A DNA stretch of 62,721 bases, the filler included. It is 4 parts of 4 records of this genome, joined end to end, with 100 filler letters (N's around TTAATTAATTAA, not from the genome) between each part and the next. Parts side by side here need not be neighbours in the genome. Positions count along the whole stretch, not along the records: positions 51,794 to 57,550 come from SRR20825019_2323; positions 57,651 to 62,721 come from SRR20825019_2352; 2 more parts are not named here. One strand, 5' to 3'. The notes under the pieces are model-generated. The model was not told the origin of the DNA, ran no database searches, and saw only the letters and a list, made by a program, of their open reading frames with translations. Position 1 is the first letter of the stretch. Every line of letters begins with the position of its first letter. Shown here piece after piece: positions 54,722-62,721 of this stretch. The translations under genes were made by a program, and so were the position numbers.

Positions 54722-56285
54722 TCCCGGCCTCACGGCGCCGCTGGCGCTGTATGAAAAGATCAAGGGCGGGCTGCGGCTGGTGGCGCTGGACCAGCAGGCC
54801 CAGGCAGCAGGGTTGCGGCTCGGGCAGGCCCTTGCCGATGCCCGCGCCCTGCTGCCCGGCCTTACCGTCCTCGAACAGGATACCGGTTTTCTGGCCTCCG
54901 CATTTGCCGAATTCGCCGACTGGCATTCCAATGCCAGCCCACTGGTCGGCGTGTTGCAGGACAAGGCGCCATTTGGCGATCTCGTCCTCGACATTACCGG
55001 GGTGGCCCATCTGTTCGGTGGCGAGGCGGCCATGTTGGATATGGTGCTGGGCCGGCTGCGGGCGCTTGGCTATAGCGTTTCGGGCGCCATCGCCCCGACC
55101 ATTGGCGCGGCCTGGGCGCTGAGCCATTTCGGATCGAGCGGAATCATTGGGTCCGACCAGTTGAACGATGCGCTCGACAAGCTGCCGGTCGCCGCGCTGC
55201 GGCTCGATGACAAGCAGATCAGCCTGCTCAGCCAGATGGGGCTGACGCGCATTGGTGCCCTGCGGAGCCGCCCGCGAAAACCCATGCTGGCGCGGTTCGG
55301 TGCCTCGCTGATCCTGCGGCTCGACCAGGCCTATGGACACATTGAGGAGCGCATGACGCCCCGCCTGCCGCCGGCCGATCATTTCGTGGAGCGTAAATTC
55401 TTCGAGCCCATCTCCACGCTGGAGGATGTATTGCTGACCATGGAGGGGCTGGCGCAGGAGCTCGCGCAGGCGCTGGAAAGCGAAGGGCTCGGGGGGCAGG
55501 GCTTTCACCTGTTTCTCTATCGGGTCGACCACAAGGTGATGACCCTTTCGCTCAATGCCGCCCGGCTGACGCGTGATGCGGGGCATATTGCAAGCCTGTT
55601 CCGGCATCGTGCCCAGCGGCTGGAACAGGAAAATTACGATCCCGGTTTCGGCATCGATCTGGTGCGGCTGGCGGCCGCCTCGCTTGACCGGCTCGAGCCC
55701 GGCCAGGCTGGGGTGTTCGAAACCGATAATGGCGCAAAGGATATCGAGCAGCTGACCGACCGGCTGGCGAGCCGGCTGGGGCCGCTGAGCGTGCTCAAGA
55801 CCGAGCTGGTGGCCAGCCATATACCGGAACGGGCGGCGCGGCTGGTGCCGGCCCTGGCCGGGCAGGCCCAGCTGTTACCCGCCGGAGAGGGGATGCGCGA
55901 CCGGCCATTGCGCCTGCTGCCGCAGCCCGAGCCCGTGGCCATCAGCGCTGAAGTGCCCGATGGGCTGCCGGCCGCGATGATCTGGCGGCGACAGCGCTAT
56001 CGCCTGGTCAAGGCGGCAGGCCCCGAGCGGATCAGCGCGGAATGGTGGCGCAGCGGCGAGCGGCTCAAGCTAGTTCCGGTCGAGCGGCCCAAACCGCCTG
56101 CGCCGGGCGAAAAGCCCAAGCCGCTGCCCTATACGCCCGAGCTGTCCTTGTTCGATCCGATGACGGGGATGCGGGATTATTACATTGTCGAGGACGGGGA
56201 CGGGCATCGGTTCTGGGTGTTCCGCCTGGGGCTTTATGGCGGCGCGGTTCACCCGGTCTGGTATCTGCATGGGGTTTTTCCATGA
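54606..56285 (+). CDS. imuB: ImuB, inactive Y-family polymerase
   Basis: LADARA, LDITGVAHLFGGE, LPVAALRL, GPERISAEWW and RDYY..W.LHG motifs; ATG 54606 assumed as start. Confidence 0.92.
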   Translation: MRSNPSRTGLRRPASILPDRRFLCLYLPYWATQYLKRADPGLTAPLALYEKIKGGLRLVALDQQAQAAGLRLGQALADARALLPGLTVLEQDTGFLASAFAEFADWHSNASPLVGVLQDKAPFGDLVLDITGVAHLFGGEAAMLDMVLGRLRALGYSVSGAIAPTIGAAWALSHFGSSGIIGSDQLNDALDKLPVAALRLDDKQISLLSQMGLTRIGALRSRPRKPMLARFGASLILRLDQAYGHIEERMTPRLPPADHFVERKFFEPISTLEDVLLTMEGLAQELAQALESEGLGGQGFHLFLYRVDHKVMTLSLNAARLTRDAGHIASLFRHRAQRLEQENYDPGFGIDLVRLAAASLDRLEPGQAGVFETDNGAKDIEQLTDRLASRLGPLSVLKTELVASHIPERAARLVPALAGQAQLLPAGEGMRDRPLRLLPQPEPVAISAEVPDGLPAAMIWRRQRYRLVKAAGPERISAEWWRSGERLKLVPVERPKPPAPGEKPKPLPYTPELSLFDPMTGMRDYYIVEDGDGHRFWVFRLGLYGGAVHPVWYLHGVFP

Positions 56286-57550
56286 GCCAGATCATCCAGC
56301 TCCGGCCCAACCACGCCCCTTCGACCATGCCCCGGGCAGAAGTGCCGGCCTATGCCGAGCTGATCACCACCAGCAATTTTTCCTTCCTGCGCTCGGGCTC
56401 GCATCCTGAAGAGCTGGTGGCGAGTGCCATGCATATGGGCATGGCAGCGCTGGGGCTGTGCGACCGCAACAGCTTTGCTGGGGTGGTGCGCGGCTATGTG
56501 ACGGCGCGGGACGATAAGCAGATCAGCCCCGATTTCCGCTATCTGGTCGGGGTGCGCCTGTGCTTTTCCGATGGCACGCCCGATATCATCACCTATCCCA
56601 GCGACCGGGCGGCCTATGGGCGGCTGTGCAGGCTGCTTACCCTGGGGAACAAGCGGGGCGAAAAGGGCGCCCCCGAGATCGGCTTTGACGATTTGTTCGC
56701 CAGCACCGATCCGGGGCAGGGCCATGACAGCTTCTCCGAAGGGCAGTTGTTCATCCTGACCCCCCAGGAGGGGGATTGGGGCCTGACGGAGCGGACCCTT
56801 GAGCGCCTGGCGCAGGCGGCGCCCGGCCGGGTCTGGGTGGCCGGTGTCGCCCGCTTCGATGGCGGCGACCGCGCCCGGCTCAACCGCGTGGATGCGCTGG
56901 CGCGGCGGCATGGCGCCCGGATGATCGCCAGTAATGACGTGGCCTATCACGAGCCGGACCGGCACATGGTGCTCGATGTGGTCACCTGCATTCGCGAACA
57001 CCTGACCCTGGACGAGGCGGGGCTGGCCCTGTCGGTCAATGCCGAGCGGCATCTGAAAAGCCCGCAGGAAATGGCGCGGCTGTTTGCCGAACATCCCGAC
57101 GCGCTTGCCCAAACCCAGGCTTTCATCGCCCGGATCGGCTTTTCGCTCGACCAGCTCGAATATAACTATCCCGAGGAAACCGTGGGCAATGGCGAAACCG
57201 CGCAGCAGACGCTGGAGCGGCTAACCTGGGCGGGTGCAAAAAAGCGCTTCCCCAGCGGCCTCAGCGATGCGCTCAAAAAGGTGCTTTGGACCGAGCTGTG
57301 CCTGATCGCCTATAAGGGCTATGCCGCCTATTTCCTTACGGTGCACGACATCGTGCAGTTCGCCCGGCATGAAAAAAACATTCTGTGCCAGGGGCGCGGC
57401 TCGGCGGCCAATTCCACGGTCTGCTATTGCCTGGAAATCACCGAGGTCGATCCGCGCAAGGCCAATCTGGTGTTCGGCCGCTTCATCTCCACCGAACGCG
57501 ACGAACCGCCCGATATCGATGTCGATTTCGAGCATGAGCGGCGCGAGGAG
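56282..57550 (+). CDS. dnaE2: error-prone DNA polymerase DnaE2/ImuC (3' truncated)
   Basis: YAEL...SNFSFLR..SHPEEL, GRGSAANS and PPDIDVDFEHERREE; ATGA overlap with imuB. Confidence 0.96.
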
Positions 57551-57650
57551 NNNNNNNNNNNNNNNNNNNNNNNNNNNNNNNNNNNNNNNNNNNNTTAATT
57601 AATTAANNNNNNNNNNNNNNNNNNNNNNNNNNNNNNNNNNNNNNNNNNNN
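57551..57650. other. artificial contig linker
   Basis: N44-TTAATTAATTAA-N44. Confidence 0.98.
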
Positions 57651-60134
57651 CACGATCACCGCGTTCTTGACCTGCTGGGCCTTGACCAGACCCAGCACCT
57701 CGGTGCGGTAATCCTGCCCGCGATCCGACCATCTGAGACCGCCGCGCGCGACCTTGCCGAAACGCAGATGGACGCCCTCCACCTGCGGACCATAGAGATA
57801 GACCTCGCGGAACGGCCTCGGCTGCGGCAGGATGGCGAGCGATTGCGAGGCGAATTTGAACGCGAGGTTGGGACGCGGTGCGCCGTCCTCATCCGTCTGG
57901 AAATAATTGGTCCGGAGCGTCGCGTCGATCAGTTTGACGAACAGCCGCAATATCCGGTCGTCATCGATATTGGGGACGCCTTCGAGCCCTTCCATGATCG
58001 TACCGCGCGCGCTTTTCAGCCCGTTGCTGCGGGCGTCATCGGAAAGGGCGGGATCGAAGGCGGTCTCGAACATCGCAAACAACGCCCGCGAAATCACCGG
58101 ATACTGGCAAAGCGAATGGGCGATGTAGTCGCCGGTATAGTTGACCCCGGCCTGGCGCAGATATTGCGCATAGGCCCGCAGCACGTTCGCCTGGCGTCCG
58201 CTGAGCCGGGCCAGCAGCACCAGCCGGTTGAAACTGTCATTGCTGATGCCCCCGGCAAAGGCGTCGACGAAGGCCTCCTCGAGGCGGTCGCCGTCGGCTT
58301 CCAGATCGACATCGCCTTCGACCAGCAACTCCATGTCATGGAGAACGACCTCGCTGCTCGCCACGCCGCTTTCGGCATATTCCAGCTCGAAGGTCCGCTC
58401 GGAGACAACGGAAAAACCGAGATTTTCCAGAAGCGGCACACGCCGCGACAGCGGCAGGTGGGAGCCGGCGTGGAAGATCTTCAGGCGCAGCACCTCCGCC
58501 TCGTCCTCATGCCTGTCGCGATAGAAGCCGATGCACATGCCGTCTTTGGCGGCGGAAGCGATCAGCCCGATATCGGCATAGGCGTCATCAGGGGAGAAGG
58601 CTTCGTGATAGGCCTCGTTGCCGTCGATCTCCGGAGCGCCGGGACCGGAGAGTTCCTTGAAGCGCTCCGTCCAGTCGGCCGCGAGCCTGGTAACCTCGGC
58701 CTCGAGTTCGCTCTGCGGCACGTCCGGCGTCTTGTCCATGCTGCGCCGACCGATGATGAAATGCACCCGCGCCGAACGGCCCTCCGGGAATGACGGATAA
58801 TAGGCCGAAACACGACCCTGATAAACCCTGGCGAGATAGTCGCCGATCTTTTCGCGCAGGCGCGAATCGTAGAGGTTGCGCGGCACATAGACGAGCACCG
58901 ACACGAACCGGTCGAAATTGTCGATCCGGCTCAGCACCCGGATGCGCGGCCGGTCCGCGACCGCCATGATCTGCTCGCAGAACGAGGCAAGCAGCGGCGC
59001 GGGCGCCTGGAACAATTCATCGCGCGGATAGGATTCCAGAATATTCTGAAGCATCCGTCCCGCATGGCTCTTCGGCTCGAAGCCGAAGCGGCGGGTGACA
59101 TCCGCGATCTTGGCGCGAAGCAGGGGAATGCGCACCGCCGACTGGGTATAGGCCGTGAATGTGAACAGGCCGACGATCCTGAGTTCGCCGACGACCTCGC
59201 CGTTTTCGCCAAACCGCTTGACGCCGATATAATCCATATAGGCGCGCCGATGAACGGTGGAGGTAGTGTTGGCCTTGGTCACCAGCAGCAGTTTCGGCCC
59301 TTCCAGGAAGGCGATGATTTCAGGGGTGGAGACCACCGGGTTGGGTCCCCGGCGCAACACCCGCATTTCCGGATCGGAGAGAATGCCGGTCGCGGCGTCC
59401 GAGACATGCTCGACCCGCGCGCCATCGGCATCGTTGATATAGACAAGTTCGCGCATGCCGAGAAAGGTGAAATTGCCGTCCCGCAGCCAGGCGAGGAAGG
59501 CCAGCGCCTCGTCACGCGCTTCCGCACGGCCGGCAGGCGCGCGGGCCTCGATCTCGGTCATCGCCGTCTCGAGCTTGGCCAGCATTTCCGGCCAGCCGGC
59601 GACCGCGAGGCGGACATGGCTGAGGATATATTCAAGCCGCTGCTTCAGCCGCGCGCGCGTTTCCGGCGCCAACTGGCGCACATGAACCTGAACATGGCTG
59701 ATCCTGTCGTCTTCCGAGTGCTCGATATCCGACGAAAACGCCACCGGCTCCCTGCCCTGCGACACAACCAGGATCGGGTGAACGGCAAGCATGAAATCGC
59801 TGGTGAACTCCGCGACCTCAGCCATGACCGAATCATAGATGAACGGCATATTGCGGTCGGTGACCGTGACCACGTCGGTGGCGATGCCCCCCGGCGCGAT
59901 GCCCTCTACCTGACCGATGGCGACCCGCGCATCGCCGCCGTCATAGGCCGCAACCTCGCCGGCCGCATGGACGGTCGCGGCAGCAATCGCCTCGGGCGTG
60001 TAGCGCTCCAGATCCTCGGGACTGGCGTGGTCGAACATGAAAAACGGATTGATGTAAGCCTTGTTGCCCTCTTTTGCCAGCCGTTCGGCCTGCTGCATCA
60101 GGGACCTGCGCTTCTGATCGGCTTTGCTTTCCAT
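57651..60134 (-). CDS. large NAD-specific glutamate dehydrogenase (GdhB/GdhZ type; 3' truncated)
   Basis: NMPFIYDSV, STVHR..YMDY, YPRDELFQ and ARGGLRWSDR..DYRTEVLGLVKAQQVKNAVIV motifs. Confidence 0.96.
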
Positions 60135-60351
60135 GTTTCCTCCAGCTAGTGTTTTTTTTCCAAGCGGGCTGTACCGCTGCTTTTCAGCGATTTCCGTTGC
60201 GAACGAATATCGTTTAACGCCGCCGCCATGACAGCCGCTTGACAGCGCCCTCCAATAGGCGATTTAGAGCGTAAATGAGGCGAATGGCAAAACAATTCCG
60301 CAATTCTATCGTTAAGGTTGCAGCCATCCCCCTCGCCAACAGGGCACAGAT

Positions 60352-61233
60352 ATGACATTCGAAATGCCTGCCGGCGCCGTTATCGCGATTTCAAGCTACG
60401 TCATGCGCGGCAAGATTGGCAACCGCGCCATCGTCTTTGCACTTGAATCTCTGGGCTACAATACCTGGTCCGTACCCACCGTGGTGTTGCCGTGGCACCC
60501 CGGACACGGACGCGCGACACGGCTGCAATTTGACGGAGAGGCTTTCGCGAAGGCGCTGCGTGAACTCGGCGAAAGCCGCTGGCGCGGCGAAGTCCGGGGC
60601 ATCGTCAGCGGCTATCTCGCAGATGCCGCGCAGGCCGAAGCGATCGCCGCTCTGGTTGAAAGGCTGCGCGCCGAAACCCCCGGCCTGATCTATCTCTGCG
60701 ATCCCGTGATCGGCGACGAAGGCGGTCTTTATGTCGGCGAAGATACCGCACGGGCGATCCGCGACCGGCTTCTGCCGCTTGCCGATATCGCGACCCCAAA
60801 CCGCTTCGAACTCTCCTGGCTCGCAGGCCGCGCGCTCGCCGACAACACCGCGATGATCGACGCGGCACTTGCCCTCGGGCCCGCCGAAGTGGTGGTCACA
60901 TCGGCACAATCGATGCTGAAGGAGGGCGTGGCGACGCTGTTCGTCGATCACAAACAGGCGCTGCTTGCCGAGCATCAGCGGGTCGAAAATCCGCCGAACG
61001 GGCTTGGCGACCTGTTTTCCGCGCTGTTTCTGGCTGCAAGGCTGGCCGGAGCGCCGCCGGGCGAAGCGCTTGAAAAATCGACCGCTTCCGTATTCGAAAC
61101 GTTGACGCGCGCGGTGCGCGAGGGATCCGATGAACTGATGCCGGAAAAGGCTGCGCAAAGCCTGAGGGCGCCTTTCGCAAAAGTTGGCCTTCGTCAATTG
61201 ATGCATCCCTCCCGGCGACGTAAAAGAAACTGA
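60352..61233 (+). CDS. pdxY: pyridoxal kinase
   Basis: ISSYV..G.IGN, SGYL, CDPVIGD, TPNRFEL and GLGD motifs. Confidence 0.9.
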   Translation: MTFEMPAGAVIAISSYVMRGKIGNRAIVFALESLGYNTWSVPTVVLPWHPGHGRATRLQFDGEAFAKALRELGESRWRGEVRGIVSGYLADAAQAEAIAALVERLRAETPGLIYLCDPVIGDEGGLYVGEDTARAIRDRLLPLADIATPNRFELSWLAGRALADNTAMIDAALALGPAEVVVTSAQSMLKEGVATLFVDHKQALLAEHQRVENPPNGLGDLFSALFLAARLAGAPPGEALEKSTASVFETLTRAVREGSDELMPEKAAQSLRAPFAKVGLRQLMHPSRRRKRN

Positions 61234-61271
61234 CGAGCCGGCAAGGCACCCACAAAAAGGACGGCACACTG

Positions 61272-61910
61272 ATGGACTCTTTTCCAAAACCCCTCCTCGA
61301 TGGCTACAAGAATTTTATGTCGGGACGCTATGTCGAAGAGAGCGCCCGCTACCGCCGGCTTGCCGAGGAAGGGCAGAAGCCGCAGACATTGTTTATTGCC
61401 TGCTGTGATTCCAGGGCCGCCCCCGAAACGATTTTCGACGCGAGTCCGGGTGAATTGTTCGTGGTCCGCAATGTCGCCAACATGGTGCCGCCCTATGAAC
61501 CGGACGGCCAGTATCACGGCACCTCCGCCGCACTCGAATTTGCGGTCGAGGGGCTGATGGTCAAGAATGTCGTGGTGCTCGGCCATGGCCGCTGCGGCGG
61601 CATTCACGCAGCGCTTTCACCGAACGCCGATCCGCTGTCGCCGGGCGATTTCATCGGCAAGTGGATCAATCTTCTGAAGCCCGCCGCCGCCCAGATCAAT
61701 TCCAATTCGATCATGACGGAAGGCGAGCGCCAGACCGCGCTGGAACGGATATCGATCCGCAACTCGCTCGCCAATCTGCGCTCGTTTCCCAACGTCAAGG
61801 AGGCCGAGAAACAGGGCAAGCTGAAGCTCTACGGCGCCTGGTTCGACATTTCCTCGGGCGAATTGTGGGTGATGGACAACAAGACCGGCGATTTCATCCG
61901 CCCGGAGTGA
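61272..61910 (+). CDS. beta-class carbonic anhydrase
   Basis: CCDSR, PGELFVVRNVAN and GHGRCGG zinc ligands. Confidence 0.95.
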   Translation: MDSFPKPLLDGYKNFMSGRYVEESARYRRLAEEGQKPQTLFIACCDSRAAPETIFDASPGELFVVRNVANMVPPYEPDGQYHGTSAALEFAVEGLMVKNVVVLGHGRCGGIHAALSPNADPLSPGDFIGKWINLLKPAAAQINSNSIMTEGERQTALERISIRNSLANLRSFPNVKEAEKQGKLKLYGAWFDISSGELWVMDNKTGDFIRPE

Positions 61911-61932
61911 CGGCAAGGATTCGTCCGGCGTC

Positions 61933-62370
61933 TCAGCGCCGGGCGTCGGCGTCGACGCTTTCCTCGATGCGCTCCATGTCGTCATCCGACAGGCCGAAAT
62001 GGTGGCCGATTTCGTGGATCAGCACATGGCTGACGATATCGCCCAGGGTTTCCTCGTTTTCGGCCCAGTAATCGAGGATCGGACGGCGGTAAAGGGTGAT
62101 CCGGTTCACCATCTCGCCGGTTTCCATGGTAAAGCGCTCCGAAACGCCGCGCCCTTCGAACAGGCCGAGCAGATCGAAAGGCGTTTCCAGCGCCATGTCC
62201 TCGAATACGTCATCGCTCGGGAAATCCGCGATTTCGATGACGAGGTCGCCAGTGAGGGCCCGAAACGCCTCGGGCAATTTCGCATAGGCCTCGATCGCCA
62301 GCGATTCCACGCTTTCGAGACTCGGCGAATATCGCCCCTGCCAGTCCTCGCTTTTGTTTTCAATCGCCAT
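61933..62370 (-). CDS. minimal zincin (Zincin_1) metallopeptidase-family protein
   Basis: DLLGLFEG, ITLYRRPI and HEIGHHFG motifs. Confidence 0.9.
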   Translation of the reverse strand: MAIENKSEDWQGRYSPSLESVESLAIEAYAKLPEAFRALTGDLVIEIADFPSDDVFEDMALETPFDLLGLFEGRGVSERFTMETGEMVNRITLYRRPILDYWAENEETLGDIVSHVLIHEIGHHFGLSDDDMERIEESVDADARR

Positions 62371-62593
62371 ATAAGCTCCTTCGTCCGGCCCATATAGGCT
62401 TTTTCAACGCGCATTTCGAGCAAAGAATGCGCGCTGCCTGCGTGAGCAGGGTGCAAGGCCCGGACAGCGCGCGCAATCCGCCGTCAGGCAAGGAATTTCC
62501 GCTTTTTCGCCTGCCGATCACGACGACGGCGCCGGCGTCGCGGCAATGCCCGCCGGCGATGCCGAAACCGGCGGTAATTCCAGTCATTCCCGC

Positions 62594-62622
62594 TTGACAC
62601 CCCTTGCGGCAGGCCCTAATAA
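62594..62622 (+). promoter_or_regulatory. sigma70 promoter of the tRNA
   Basis: TTGACA-17 bp-TAATAA followed by a GC-rich discriminator. Confidence 0.7.
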
Positions 62623-62692
62623 CGCCCCGTCCCGCGCGGCCAGCCCGCGCTCCCGGACCACGTCTTTCCCGCCTCTTTCGGCGGATGAGACT

Positions 62693-62721
62693 GGCGGAGT
62701 AGCTCAGTAGGTTAGAGCAGA
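62693..62721 (+). tRNA. 5' end of a tRNA (resembles rhizobial elongator tRNA-Met; anticodon outside the window)
   Basis: GGCGGAG-TA-GCTC-AGTAGGTTA-GAGC gives the acceptor 5' strand plus D arm; truncated by the window end. Confidence 0.8.

Noticed and set aside
1-62721. CRISPR arrays, transposases, integrases, phage or defence genes
   Set aside because: None seen: no regularly spaced direct repeats and no such protein motifs in the ORFs

Overview
The window is not one locus. It is four unrelated contigs joined by artificial 100-nt linkers (44 N + TTAATTAATTAA + 44 N at 28554-28653, 51694-51793 and 57551-57650). Contig 1 (1-28553) is a compact eukaryotic (protist-like) genome piece with 11 genes, most with ~50-60 nt GT-AG introns: RPEL-repeat protein, beta-ureidopropionase, PC-esterase/TBL-NXPE-like protein, MORN protein, TPR-SGNH protein, CTDNEP1/Nem1-like phosphatase, RING-RCC1-BTB protein, ATG9, a degenerate kinesin fused to a p25alpha/TPPP-like domain, and two unknowns. 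Very GC-rich islands lie only on the promoter side of these genes. Contig 2 (28654-51693) is alphaproteobacterial and mostly housekeeping (glyQ to ftsZ). It also carries an APC permease-amidinotransferase-Rieske oxygenase operon, a candidate sigma54-driven three-hairpin small RNA, and a DARS-like DnaA-box triplet with an IHF site upstream of uvrC. Contig 3 (51794-57550) is a GC-rich alphaproteobacterial piece with ppa, a USP, a TerB-like gene and a LexA-boxed imuA-imuB-dnaE2 cassette. Contig 4 (57651-62721) is Rhizobiales-like: NAD-glutamate dehydrogenase, pdxY, beta-carbonic anhydrase, a zincin and the 5' end of a tRNA. All calls come from reading motifs by eye; no database searches were run.
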